In this document: positions 1 to 10,700 of the stretch, piece by piece | How the letters are laid out: each line of letters opens with the position of its first letter | Numbering within the stretch: position 1 is the first letter of the stretch | Source: a virus | Lineage: Duplodnaviria > Caudoviricetes | Strand: one strand, 5' to 3' | DNA: 64,000 nucleotides | Virus record (IMG/VR): IMGVR_UViG_3300021255_002539 | Span: 64,001-128,000 of that record | Made by a program: the position numbers and the translations under genes | The notes under the pieces: generated by a model | Seen by the model: only the letters and a program-made list of their open reading frames with translations | The model's database searches: none | What the model was told of the DNA's origin: nothing

Positions 1-1731
1 ACCCGCCAGTCCATTCAGGGCGTTCCCCAATGCAGAGAACAACCCACCAGAAGATCCTTGGTTCTACTACTGGGTGGATTGCTGACCACCTCCACCTACC
101 ATCCCACCGGTCAATGCGTTGAATGCGGACGAAGCAAGGTCTGCCGCCGCCCCAACCAATCCCTTTGCTGCCCCAGAGGCGACACCCAAGGCACCAGTGG
201 CAGCATCCGTCACCAGTCCAACCGCACCAGTAGCCAAGTCCACAGCACCACCAATCGCCTTGTCCATGAACGATGGCTCGGCGCCAGGGGCATTCTGCTC
301 GTTCGCTTGAAATCCCTCTGGTTGTGCAGACGCATTAGCAACCTCCGAACCAGTGTCCAAAACCTCGTTGTGTACATCAGCGACAGCAGCAACATCCCCA
401 GGAACCTCACCTTGCCCCATTCCAGCCTCCTGCTCTATCGTCTTGTCGTGGAGGTCGCCATTTGGGTCGTTGGTGTCGTTGGCTTGGGCGTCCTTGTTCT
501 CCCATGGCTCCTGTTGGTCGGGCGTCGTGTTCTACTCACCTTGGTCTGGGGGATTCCCCTCCTCGTTCACATCCATGTTTGAGGTTTGCGTTTCGCCATC
601 GCCATTCTGGTCAGCATATTCGTCTGGATTGTAGTTGGGATCGTCCTTGTTCTGCCATTCTGGTTCGTCCTCTCCTGGCATGTCACCCTCACCTTGCTGC
701 TGTGCGTCTTGCTCGTTCTGATACGCCTCGTCGCGCATCTCCTGCAACGCCTCTTGCATCTGCTCCATTTCCTCCTCTGTTGGACCAGTGTCGTCTTGGT
801 CTGGGTTCTCGTCTTGGTTGTCTTGGGAACCAGACGCCGATGGAGGCGTGGTGAACACGAACGACCTTCTGTTCCCCAGGTTGGCAGAGCCCGAACTGGA
901 CCCAGCAACATCCCCCATTATGTCCACCAGGCACATGTCGCAGGTCAAGGACAGACTCCTGAGCAAATTGCTGACGCCAGACCCATTCACCTCGAATGCG
1001 TTGTAGTTGGTTGGCTTCACCCCAATGTACTTGTAGGAATAGTACTGATACTCTGCGTCGTTTCTGGATTCCTGGGAACTGGGCATGTCCCTGTACCGCA
1101 TTCTGGGACGCTGAACCTCAAGGGTTGCCATTGGATAGGGGGTCGCCCACTCTGTGTATGCAGCATCTGGCTTGTACCACCATGGGGAGTTGATGTCCTT
1201 CATCCAGGGATAGAACAGGGAATCCAGAATGGAGAACTCGGTGTCGACCATCTGCAGGGTTATCTGTTGCTGACCATCAGACGCATATGGGGAGAACGAG
1301 CCAGCAGCCGTTTTTCCGAACAAAGTGTCAATCTACTCGCCATTCGCGGGCTTAATCTCTGGCAACTGCGCCTGCCGCACAAATGGAGTCAAGTCGATGC
1401 AATTGTATGGCAAGGATGTGTCGTCTGTTCCACTCTGGATTCCCCCCTCGCCCCACAGACTCCAGTTGGTGGCATGGAAATCTGGGGCAGTCTTGTCAAG
1501 CACCGGCCTCCACCCAAACTCCACATATGGACACTATATCAATGTGCCCTGGGCGTCGTGGAACCAGAGGAACACATAATACTCCGGGTCGGTGATGATG
1601 GTATAGTTTGGGACAGTTGGCTGATGAAACTTGTCGAGAAACCGTTCCAACCCTTGGTGTGCATCTCGACCCATCGGGTCCTGATAACCATTGGTCATCA
1701 TCTCCTTGCTGTTGAATATATTCTCCATCAC
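1..1731 (-). CDS. Tail-tube/baseplate tube-initiator-like protein with long acidic, Q/G/A-rich C-terminal extension (runs off window; TAG=Gln at 1534, 1333, 532, 67, 64)
   Basis: Track ORFs 1534-1731, 1333-1524, 532-1323 and 67-420 share one frame, separated only by TAG; the N-terminal part resembles gp19/gp48/gp54-type folds (VRQAQLPEI, ITLQMVDTEFS..FYPWM, YKYIGVKPT); GTAAATA motif at 1738-1744. Confidence 0.55.
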
Positions 1732-1838
1732 ATTTCGTATTTACCATTTGTGGAGCAAATGGAACAGACAAGCAAAAACCGACTTCAACTGGGAAGTCGG
1801 CCTTTGTCATTTGGATTACTTAATTTGTTGTTGGTCTC

Positions 1839-4556
1839 TCAATCCCCTTCTTCTTCAGAATCTTCGCCGTCCTTCATCTTGATTTCAAGGTTCTGACTCC
1901 AAGCATGTGGATCGCATCCGAACATGTCAAGGATGGTCGGGAAGTCATATGCGAATGCATCGTTTATCGCAGTAAGATCCCGAATTTCCATGTCCTCAAT
2001 CATCTGCATGACGAAATCCTCGTCAAACAGCTCAGATTCAAGCAACTCGCGGAGATTCTCGCGCCCTTGTCCCCAAAGCATCTCGGAGAGTTTCCATGGA
2101 TTGTCAATTTCCTGTTCTATCGTCATTTCTGTCACCTCTTTCTTGTTGTTATAGGGGTCTGCCACCTTGTGGGAAACCAATCCCATGTCAGCCGCATCCA
2201 TATCTGTTTCGGATGCACCACCCATTATTACTGCTGCATCTGCGTCGGTCATTTCCTTCTTGTTCTCCTTGTCAGAACCAGTAACGAGCGTCTTGGTCTC
2301 GCCATCCTTCTTGTACTTCTTCTCCCCACCCTTCACTTCGTCGGGCTTCTGAACATCACTCTCGTCCAAAGAACAGGGTTTGTATTGCAAGTCGTCGGAA
2401 GTAACGATGCCAACAACCTCTTGGTTGAATTTATCGAACTCAGACTTGTCCTGGATGTGCTTTCTGGCAAAAGACCACGAGCCATCTTCCTTGTCAAGTA
2501 TTATGTATTGGTCGTAGCCATCCTTTTTCGCGGTTTTCTTGGCATTGTCCACAACCTTTCTCTGCTCCGGGGTCATCTTGATAGAACCTTCAAGCGTCAC
2601 TGGCTTCTCGGTATCAACGAAAGAACCATCCTTCTTGAACTGCTCGACATCTAGATCAAGGGCAGAGACAATCCACCAGAAATCCCGAATGGCGTCGTTC
2701 AACTCCACCTTCGTTGGGGATTCCGCTCCAAATCTCGAGTTAATCGCGTCCATTATCTCGTCCTCTGTTCGGACATGGGAGTTGATGAGGTCAGTGAGGT
2801 TCTTGTTCGCGTCAGGATCGTCAAGGAGGTCAAGCACCTCCCAAACATCGTTTGCGTCAACGACTACGGACGCTTCGTTCATTTGCTGGGATTCGCTATA
2901 CTCAGAATTCCCCTCGTAGATGTCCTTGACGAGATCATACACGCTCTTGGAAATCCCCTTTGCTGGGGCGAATTCGTCTTCGTCGTTGCTTCCAACTGCC
3001 CACTTCACCACAACTTCCCTTGGATTGAGTTTCTTGACGGAGGAGGCCAGTCCCTTCATCTCAATGTACTCCAGAACCCGCTTTGGCACAATGCCCACTA
3101 TGTTCAACCCACTGTCCTCGCTCTCCAAATGGGATATCTCCTCGGCAATGTAGTCCATCAGGTCGTCAGCTTCGTATTGCGTGAAGTTCAAGGTCCTCGT
3201 GGTGGATTTCCCATCCCAGTCAGATTCAAGGGTCACATGCTTCTCGGAATCAACAGCGCCGGCGGTTTCCTTGAATATTCCCTTGTATGGATTTCTGGGG
3301 TAGAGGACAGGATACACTTTCTTCACTTCAAGTCCTTCCTTCTCAGCAAGTTCTTTGGCCTTTGCCTTTGCCTCATCCTTACCACACTTGAACTTCTTCT
3401 CGGTGCCATCAGAAAGCACAACACACCACACAGTCGCCTTGGCTTCGTTCATCTGCTTGGATTCGTTGTATTCCTCCACCCTGACATCATCAACCCAGAC
3501 ATCCTCGCCATCCTTCTCCAGATGGTATTCAAAGGTATTGACATCGCAGCCAATAACCTTCCAGCCATCCTGCATCTCGTCGTTCTCGTCCTTCCAGGAG
3601 ACAATCTCGCCAATGCCATATTCGGGATACCAGGACTCCTTATATTCCACTGGATCAGAATCACGGGGTCTTATCTCCCAACCAGGAACCTCTTTCTTAT
3701 CACCGTTCTTCTGTCCAATAACGAAAAGATTGTCATATGAAGTCTCATCTTCTGCCTTTGGCATCTCCAAGATCTTCCAAACACTTTCCTCGCCAGAATC
3801 AGGATCCGTCCAAATCACCCACATTCCCTTTTCAAATCCACCATCGTTGTAGGAGTCCTCATCGTCCCAATTGATTGGATCATCGTCAGATTCCCCAACC
3901 TCCATTCCAACAATGTCTTTCATGGGAACCCAATCGGATCCACCTCTCTCGTTTGTCGTCTTCTTCATAGTGTCATATACCTCTTTAGTTTCGCAATATG
4001 GATTCACGAAATTCACGATGTCCTTCACCTTGTTGGCAATCTCGCCAATGTGCTGAATGGCGAAGTCGAAGTCCTTGTTCATCTCGTCTTCTTCTACCTT
4101 GTCAGCTTCCTCGTAGTCTTCTTTGACTTGTTCAAATTCCTCAAGCACAACCTCGTTGTTGTCCCCAGAAGCTTCCTTGTCGCCAGCCTTCATTATCTCG
4201 GCCATCAAGTCGTCAATCTTCTGGTTGAATTCAGATACGCTGACCTTTGGCATCTTCCCATCAGTCACCTTCCCAAGTACCTCGAAGAACGCCCTCCACC
4301 AATTATACATCTTCTTCTTGACATCGGGGTTCTGGTCGTCTGATGCACAAAGCACCTTGTCAAAGCACTCGGTCGGGGGAATTTCCATTGTCTGCCCCAA
4401 CGAGTTCAGGGCATCCATCAACTTGAATTGGAAGTCCCTGGGGGTGTCCTGCAATGCGTCGAACATCTACGAGAACTCAAGGGAATTGTCCAATGTCTTG
4501 AGCTGAATAATGTTCTTTAGAGAGCCATCTATGGTTTCGGTGAATTTCGTCTTCAT
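1839..4556 (-). CDS. 905-aa acidic multi-module protein, putative capsid-internal polyprotein (TAG=Gln at 4467)
   Basis: Track ORF extends through one TAG to ATG 4556 (MKTKFTET...), directly after GTAAATA at 4565-4571; modules separated by repeated xxE-S/A/T/G motifs. Confidence 0.6.
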
Positions 4557-4567
4557 GGTAGTAGTAT

Positions 4568-5002
4568 TTACAATTTCCCGCCAAAAAGCGAGCCTATGTA
4601 TTCAAGCAAGTTTGGCCCGATGTTGGTTTTGCTTTGGATCTTGTCCAGTTCATGGACCTTGATTTGCATTTCAAAGCGATTGTCGGACAATTTCTGCACG
4701 CTGAACCTCGTGATGTACCACGCCAGACTGTCGTCGAACAATTTGCCCACCACATCGTCCTTGTTGTAGTACCCTGAACTGTCAAACCAAGCTTCCCCAT
4801 ACCGTATCTCCACGAAGACAAGACGACTGTTGCCAATATGTGCCATTGCGTCCTTCAGGCACTCAAGCACCTTGGATTCGCATTGGTACGTGGAGAATAT
4901 CCTGTTGTACCTGTTCACCTCGCCTCCTCCACGAACGATATAATTATCGTCCTTGAACTCAATTCCTGGGAACCGTTCTCTATTGTGTTGAGTCTGATTC
5001 AT
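4568..5002 (-). CDS. Hypothetical protein (early cluster)
   Basis: 144-aa ORF in a tightly overlapping minus-strand operon; TAA stop. Confidence 0.6.
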   Translation of the reverse strand: MNQTQHNRERFPGIEFKDDNYIVRGGGEVNRYNRIFSTYQCESKVLECLKDAMAHIGNSRLVFVEIRYGEAWFDSSGYYNKDDVVGKLFDDSLAWYITRFSVQKLSDNRFEMQIKVHELDKIQSKTNIGPNLLEYIGSLFGGKL

Positions 5003-5388
5003 GAAAGAAATTTCCTATATCTTGATATGCAATCCACAAACTCTGGGGTGATGTTTGTGCAACCATCTTTAGAATCCACCAAGTATAAGTTGTATCCATA
5101 CAATCTCCCATTGTTGGACATTCTGTACTTGAATGCGTGGTCTATCGTCTTGGACATGGATGCATCGAACAAATATCCCATCAAATCATCTATATCAGAT
5201 GGCAAGATGAACTTCTTGTTGGGTATCCTGTATCCACCAACCTCCACTACCAGGTCAATGTGTCTTGGCAAGTCTGAGGCGACGAAAACCTCGCCAATCT
5301 TGTCTATGTTCAAAATCCCAATCATGTCTCCCCACCATTCATGTACTTCTCCAACATTTCCCAGGGGTCTTCTGGAGGAATGCAACAA
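4999..5388 (-). CDS. Hypothetical protein (start may be nearer 5325)
   Basis: ATGA-type overlap with neighbours. Confidence 0.55.
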   Translation of the reverse strand: MLHSSRRPLGNVGEVHEWWGDMIGILNIDKIGEVFVASDLPRHIDLVVEVGGYRIPNKKFILPSDIDDLMGYLFDASMSKTIDHAFKYRMSNNGRLYGYNLYLVDSKDGCTNITPEFVDCISRYRKFLS

Positions 5389-5831
5389 ATGGGAACACCA
5401 TCAGAATATCCCTTGAACTCGTACTCAATCCTGTTTCTTCCCATTGGGAACGCCAGTCTATCCAACCCATCTCTGGTAAACGCCACCTCAAGGAACTTCA
5501 TCAAACGGGGAGTTATGTTGGTGCTGTGATCCTCAGAATCCCGAAGTCCAAATGTATATCCAATTATTGGGAATTGACTGCCATTATAGGACTTCTTGCC
5601 AATACGAGAAGCAAGTTCATCCACCCCCAATCGTCTGGCCCTCACAACCACGATGTTCTTGGTCAAGGAATAGTCGAACAATACCTTGAACATATCATCC
5701 CAATATTCCTCTGAGAAGCACAACATCTTCTTGCCTCCGGAAAGGTCTATGACATCCAATGTCAGGAAATCTGCTGTCTCGCCAGTGATAATATCCCCCT
5801 TGATTATGTCAATTATCTCTCGGTCGGTCAT
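5322..5831 (-). CDS. Hypothetical protein
   Basis: 169-aa ORF, ATGA overlap at 5828-5831. Confidence 0.6.
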   Translation of the reverse strand: MTDREIIDIIKGDIITGETADFLTLDVIDLSGGKKMLCFSEEYWDDMFKVLFDYSLTKNIVVVRARRLGVDELASRIGKKSYNGSQFPIIGYTFGLRDSEDHSTNITPRLMKFLEVAFTRDGLDRLAFPMGRNRIEYEFKGYSDGVPICCIPPEDPWEMLEKYMNGGET

Positions 5832-6298
5832 GTATCCTCACTTCTCTGGCACATCTTGTTCGCCAATGCCTCAACCAGGTCGGCATCCATGTTGCTTGCG
5901 CCCCCATTCCTATAGTCCACTGGGGTCACGACGACATCATACGAGACCAATAGGGAAGTTGTGCGCACACCTATCTTGTATATGTTGTATCGCAAGGACA
6001 GATCCATGAACACACCCATCAACCCACCCATGTCAGTGTCAATGCACTTGAGTCTGTGCGTTATCATATTATATTCGGGATCCCAAGAATAGGGCAGAAG
6101 ACTGCCAATGGAAATACACATCCTCTCGTTGGTGTATATGCCATTGTCGAAGTCCTCTAGTTCGTGTTCTGACTCCGCCTCGAATATCTCCACCACTGCC
6201 ATTGGATATCGGGTATTTCTGCTGAGCCAATGGGGGTTGAACTTCAGAAACTCCCCAATTGGCATGGGTCTTTGGCTATAGGTCTTTGGGTATCCCAT
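5828..6298 (-). CDS. Hypothetical protein
   Basis: 156-aa ORF in operon. Confidence 0.6.
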   Translation of the reverse strand: MGYPKTYSQRPMPIGEFLKFNPHWLSRNTRYPMAVVEIFEAESEHELEDFDNGIYTNERMCISIGSLLPYSWDPEYNMITHRLKCIDTDMGGLMGVFMDLSLRYNIYKIGVRTTSLLVSYDVVVTPVDYRNGGASNMDADLVEALANKMCQRSEDT

Positions 6299-6668
6299 CT
6301 ACAATCCCCTTATTTCCAAACGAGTCCATCAACGCCTCCACCACATCCCCAAAGATGTTGGTCTGGTGGTTGCTGTTCAATTCGAGATATATGTTCAACA
6401 GGGATATCATTGCGGAGGTTGAATTTCTCTGCACATCCACAATCTCCCAGCTCTTTAGGTTCAAGTCATACAATTTGACTGCCAGTATATTGGCATACCT
6501 CCTGTAGAACATTTGGCGAAAGTAAAAGTCTTTACCCACGAAATGAAGGTAAATCACATCTACGTCCCTTCCAATCTCGCGGATTGACTTGGCTATGTCC
6601 TCTGATGTCTTCATGTCACGGTGCATATAGTATCGTGGGGTTGTCGTGGAGAACAGCAACCTCGCCAT
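6276..6668 (-). CDS. Hypothetical protein, apparently terminating at a genuine TAG stop
   Basis: Read-through of TAG 6276 would extend ~69 codons into the downstream gene, to TAA 6069. Confidence 0.5.
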   Translation of the reverse strand: MARLLFSTTTPRYYMHRDMKTSEDIAKSIREIGRDVDVIYLHFVGKDFYFRQMFYRRYANILAVKLYDLNLKSWEIVDVQRNSTSAMISLLNIYLELNSNHQTNIFGDVVEALMDSFGNKGIVDGIPKDL

Positions 6669-7263
6669 CGTCAGAAAGATGCTCTGCTTGCTTGAACTTG
6701 TTGAACATCTGCAGGTCGAAGGGCTTGGTGATGAGATGGGTTCCGGTTCTAGTTGGTATCACCGCGACCACCTTCTTGTTCTGCTCGTCGTCATAGGGTT
6801 TGCAGTAGTTTCGGATGATGCTCATGGCCACCTGGACCTTGTTGCTGTCGGGTCCAAAGTCGTCTATGTCAACCAGCCAAGTCTTGTCCTCCTTGTGACC
6901 TTCAGGGAACCGACCTATGACCGAGTTGATTTCGTTGTAGGTGTTCCCAAACTGCTCTCCCTTCCTCGCCTTTTCCAGCGTCTCCTGGGCATACGCCATC
7001 GCAATCGTCTTGTAGTTGCGCTTGTTGAGACGGATGTACGCACGGGCGTTCGTCTCGTTGCAGCGGCGAATTACATCCTCCTTGATTTCGTCAAGCATCT
7101 CGGGGGATGTGATGTGGTAGTCCCTCACTAGACGATGTTGGTTGTCGGAGCCAGCAGGAACATCGTTGCCATCCTTCTTCCTGAGCAATAGTTGCAGGAA
7201 ATAGAAGTCCTGATGGTCGGTGAACTTGAGCAGGGGCTTGATTATGTCGAAGTTGTCTACCAT
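6616..7263 (-). CDS. Conserved phage protein, possibly primase-polymerase (AEP)-like fold
   Basis: Motifs DFYFLQLLLRKKD, WLVDID, IPTRTGTHLITKPFD, HDNPTILY; AGGAGG RBS. Confidence 0.55.
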   Translation of the reverse strand: MVDNFDIIKPLLKFTDHQDFYFLQLLLRKKDGNDVPAGSDNQHRLVRDYHITSPEMLDEIKEDVIRRCNETNARAYIRLNKRNYKTIAMAYAQETLEKARKGEQFGNTYNEINSVIGRFPEGHKEDKTWLVDIDDFGPDSNKVQVAMSIIRNYCKPYDDEQNKKVVAVIPTRTGTHLITKPFDLQMFNKFKQAEHLSDDGEVAVLHDNPTILYAP

Positions 7264-7286
7264 TGCGTGTTCCTCCTCCTTTTCAG

Positions 7287-8006
7287 TTAAACCTCGCCGT
7301 TCGCGTATGCAGCCCCAATGTCAGACTTCATTGTAGTAATCCTGTTTAGGATCTCCTTGTCTTGACCCAATATTGAGGATATGGCTTCCTTGAGGCAATC
7401 CTTGCAGACATTGGCGTTCTTCCAATCCTCGTCTACCCAGTCCTTGAGCCTGAAATACCCAAACGGCGATTTGGGAAGATTGCCAAAGTAGGTTTCAAAG
7501 GCAGGTGTCTTTGCATACTGCTCGTATCCAAAGGAAGGGAATTTGCCCCCATCGTAAAAATGGAAGAACCTGTACTTGACACACTCCATGTCTGGGCCCG
7601 TATTGCGTTCGTTCTCCACATCGCGTTCATGCGTGATCCAAAACACGCGCTTCTGCTCCAGATTGTAGAAGAACTTGATCCCCAGTGGAATCCAGATGGA
7701 TATGCACTTCGGGTCGGTGCTATACCCAAGAACGGAATTGTATTCGTTCATGAGGGCATAGGCGCACTTGTTCGACTGAACCCACTTCCAATCGGGGTTG
7801 TAGAAGATGTCAAGATTGTCCTCGATGAACTTGGACATCTCAAGGAACAGCTTTATTGTATCCTCGCGACGGGCGACGCAATAGTCTGAGACATCGCTGA
7901 AGTTTGTCTGCTCAACTTCCTTGCGGACTCTCCTGATTTCGTCCAGCCACGAATTGACGCTGATTTGATCTTCCTTGTCGAATGCCATGTTCAGTCTCCT
8001 TGTCAT
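7287..8006 (-). CDS. Hypothetical protein
   Basis: 239-aa ORF (start may be ATG 7988). Confidence 0.6.
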   Translation of the reverse strand: MTRRLNMAFDKEDQISVNSWLDEIRRVRKEVEQTNFSDVSDYCVARREDTIKLFLEMSKFIEDNLDIFYNPDWKWVQSNKCAYALMNEYNSVLGYSTDPKCISIWIPLGIKFFYNLEQKRVFWITHERDVENERNTGPDMECVKYRFFHFYDGGKFPSFGYEQYAKTPAFETYFGNLPKSPFGYFRLKDWVDEDWKNANVCKDCLKEAISSILGQDKEILNRITTMKSDIGAAYANGEV

Positions 8007-8281
8007 CAGCCTATGAGGTTTTCCATGGATATGTCAAGCATGTCGCAGTACTCGTCGAAGCCCATGCCCTCCTTCTTGGCGCAGAACTCCACGAAGCCCT
8101 TGCTTGCAGATGTGTAGAGGAACCGATATGCCTCGTCCAAGTATTCGTCTTGAGGGATCTTCCCATACGAATTCAACTCGTCAGCTCTCCAATACTCCTT
8201 CCAATACTTGAAGGCAGCAACCCTCTGGCGCACCTCCACGAATATGTCTTTGTATTGCATTTGTTTCCCTTCCATATTCAC
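8006..8281 (-). CDS. Small hypothetical early protein
   Basis: Overlapping operon organisation. Confidence 0.55.
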   Translation of the reverse strand: MNMEGKQMQYKDIFVEVRQRVAAFKYWKEYWRADELNSYGKIPQDEYLDEAYRFLYTSASKGFVEFCAKKEGMGFDEYCDMLDISMENLIG

Positions 8282-8496
8282 TTGATTGTTATTTCAAGCG
8301 AACCGTAGTCCTTCAGCTCATGAAACTCCATGTGGTAGGCAGCCGTCTCATGGGCAGAACCATAATAGTCACCCTCCACATAGTAGAAGTCGAGGGCGCG
8401 GTCCTTCGGGAACTTCTGAAGAAACTCGATCATTTCCCCCACGGTGCCAGGGATGGGCATTTCTTTCTTCTTGTCATCCATAACTACCTCCTTCAT
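8278..8496 (-). CDS. Small hypothetical early protein (TVxEMIExLQKFPKD family)
   Basis: Common phage small-protein motif; overlapping operon. Confidence 0.55.
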   Translation of the reverse strand: MKEVVMDDKKKEMPIPGTVGEMIEFLQKFPKDRALDFYYVEGDYYGSAHETAAYHMEFHELKDYGSLEITIK

Positions 8497-8726
8497 TTCT
8501 TGGGCTTATAGTCAAAGGTAGAGGCATGAACATCCTCAAACCCCCTATCAATGGCTTCGGCTTTTGCAATCTTCATCACATCCTTCACATCCTCCGGGTC
8601 AATGGGGGCTGCGTCATGAAGATAGTTGAGCAGAAAGTATCTAATGACATTCCCTGACCTATCATATGCCGCATGGACATACATGGGATATCTACCGTAA
8701 GAAGTAACCTTAATAACCTTTTTCAT
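8493..8726 (-). CDS. Small hypothetical early protein
   Basis: First gene after a sigma70-like promoter; GGAG RBS. Confidence 0.55.
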   Translation of the reverse strand: MKKVIKVTSYGRYPMYVHAAYDRSGNVIRYFLLNYLHDAAPIDPEDVKDVMKIAKAEAIDRGFEDVHASTFDYKPKK

Positions 8727-8766
8727 TTGTTATGCTCCCTATAGTCTTGTTTCTCACAACACCTAT

Positions 8767-8796
8767 ATTATAGCATAATCAGACTTCGGATGTCAA
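8767..8796 (-). promoter_or_regulatory. Sigma70-type early promoter TTGACA-N18-TATAAT with extended -10 (TGc)
   Basis: Perfect consensus hexamers; same architecture as 42444-42473, including downstream GTTGTGAG. Confidence 0.8.
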
Positions 8797-8802
8797 TACC
8801 CC

Positions 8803-8840
8803 TAAAAAGAAAAAGACCCCAACTAAATGGGGTCTCTTCT
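8803..8840 (-). terminator. Rho-independent terminator
   Basis: AGACCCC/GGGGTCT stem with T-tract on the minus strand. Confidence 0.65.
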
Positions 8841-8868
8841 GCTCAATCGGCATGGTGAGTTGCGTGTA

Positions 8869-9426
8869 TCAAGCCATTGCCCAGGAAATGGTGAAGTGGT
8901 AGTTGATCGTGCCAACATCCTTGCCATAGGGTGGCGTTGTGGTCTCCTTCATGTCCACCTTGAATCCCCTGGTGGCATACCAGTCGATGATGTGGTTCAC
9001 ATTCACCCAGTCGTTGGGGAGGACGCGGAACTGCACATTGGTGGAGTATCCACCCTGACGGGTCTCGTCAAAGATCTTCTTGTTGATCGACCTCACATAT
9101 TCCTCGATGCTGGGGTCTTCCATCTTGGATGACTCCTCGTGGCACATCTTCGCGTCAATCTTGAGGTTGTAGCATGCCTCGGCGAACTGCTTGGTCTCTG
9201 GGGAGATGCCATCACCGTCTGCCTTTGACTTGTTCTCTGCCTTTGGCGCTGCCTTCTTGCCCTGACCCTTTGGCCTCCCAGCTGACTTCTTGGATACTGG
9301 AGTCTTGATTGGATTGCCCTTGGTGTCTGCAAGCGCGTTGTTGAGGGCAGCGGCGATCTTGTCCTTGTCCTCTGTCATGGCCCTTCTGATTTCGGCCGCA
9401 TTCTTCTCGTTGTTGTCTGTTGCCAT
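8869..9426 (-). CDS. Hypothetical protein with basic, Lys/Ala-rich N-terminal half
   Basis: 185-aa ORF, AAGGA RBS. Confidence 0.65.
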   Translation of the reverse strand: MATDNNEKNAAEIRRAMTEDKDKIAAALNNALADTKGNPIKTPVSKKSAGRPKGQGKKAAPKAENKSKADGDGISPETKQFAEACYNLKIDAKMCHEESSKMEDPSIEEYVRSINKKIFDETRQGGYSTNVQFRVLPNDWVNVNHIIDWYATRGFKVDMKETTTPPYGKDVGTINYHFTISWAMA

Positions 9427-9441
9427 TTGTCGTTTCCTTTG

Positions 9442-9747
9442 TTATGTTGAAAAACCCCTGCCCATGTCCTTGAATGTGTCGTCTGACTCGAACTCGAAGT
9501 CCTCGTCAACAGGATCGTCGTCGTGCGCAGGATTCCTGTAAAGCGCGTTCCAGGATTCAACTGCGAAATCTGGCGTGTACTCTGTCGGACCCCTTGCTCC
9601 ACAGCACTCGCACTCCATCTGCCATAGGTTGTGTTCCTCGGTGGAGCCATCTTCGTACCTGGTGTTCACGACATCATGCAGAAGACGATGCCCGTGGTGG
9701 CCACAGAATGGACAAAACCGAACCTTTGCTGTTTTTGTGTTGGACAT
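9442..9747 (-). CDS. Lar-family restriction alleviation-like zinc-finger protein
   Basis: CPFCG...CECCGARGP...AVESWN pattern; AGGAG RBS before ATG 9747. Confidence 0.6.
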   Translation of the reverse strand: MSNTKTAKVRFCPFCGHHGHRLLHDVVNTRYEDGSTEEHNLWQMECECCGARGPTEYTPDFAVESWNALYRNPAHDDDPVDEDFEFESDDTFKDMGRGFST

Positions 9748-9860
9748 GGTATATGTATGTTCTCCTCTACTCACACAATTATACGACATATGAGGGGGAA
9801 AAGTAAAGCCGATGGGAAATACCCACCGGCTCCATTATATCGTCCAACTGTCTCTTTGTA

Positions 9861-10700
9861 TCAGTTGAATATCTTGGCATTGAGGTCAAATGCACCAATC
9901 TTTGTGCAAATTGGGGTCTGCTTCACCTTCTTGAACGAAGAATCAACCCTGAACTTGTTCCACCACTCGCGGTATGTCAAGCACTTGTTGAACGCCCGCT
10001 TCATGGACGAACTCAACACACCACCGTTTTTCGAGTCGCCCCAGCTCACGGTCTCCTCACCGCAACCAGATATGACCAACATTCTCCGTGCCACATCACG
10101 CACATTCTCGAATTTGGCGAAGAATGGCTTTTCAAGTGGAAGTCTGTCCTCTTCCTCCACACCCTCCTCTTGTTCGGTTGGAAGACGGTAAATTGTTCCT
10201 GAGTGGCAGCAGTCCGCAATAAATAGAATCCTGCCCTTGCACCAGCCAAACATCTCCCAGAGGTCGTTGTCAATCAACGCGCCATCGTAGAGGCACAGGA
10301 ACTCGTCGCGACCATCTGTCTCGTCCTTCGCAGTTGAAGACTTGTTGTATTGCCCTCCATGACCACTGTATGTCAAGATGAGCAATCCATCCTCTGGAAC
10401 CTTCTCAATCTGCTCTGTCAAGGCCTTCTTGAATGCAGCCACTGTCGCCTGCTTGTTGTTGAGCCTCACGATGTTGTCAGTATATTGCGACACCATGCCA
10501 TACATCGTTCTGGAATCCAGATCTGCACCTGGACATACCCCCCACTTCGAGCTTTCCATTCCAACCACCAACGCGAACTTCTTGTTCTTGTCAGTCGTCT
10601 GGCAAATGTCCTTTACCTCGCATTCTGGGCAGTTCCCATTTGGGTCCGCCTTCTTGAACAGGCTCTTGATGAAGCCAAATATCTTTTCAAATAGTTTCAT
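9861..10700 (-). CDS. Metacaspase / peptidase C14 family protease
   Basis: ALVVG, YSGHGGQ (catalytic His), DETDGRDEFLC, ADCCHSG (catalytic Cys); GGAGG RBS; GTAAATA at 10731-10737. Confidence 0.85.
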   Translation of the reverse strand: MKLFEKIFGFIKSLFKKADPNGNCPECEVKDICQTTDKNKKFALVVGMESSKWGVCPGADLDSRTMYGMVSQYTDNIVRLNNKQATVAAFKKALTEQIEKVPEDGLLILTYSGHGGQYNKSSTAKDETDGRDEFLCLYDGALIDNDLWEMFGWCKGRILFIADCCHSGTIYRLPTEQEEGVEEEDRLPLEKPFFAKFENVRDVARRMLVISGCGEETVSWGDSKNGGVLSSSMKRAFNKCLTYREWWNKFRVDSSFKKVKQTPICTKIGAFDLNAKIFN

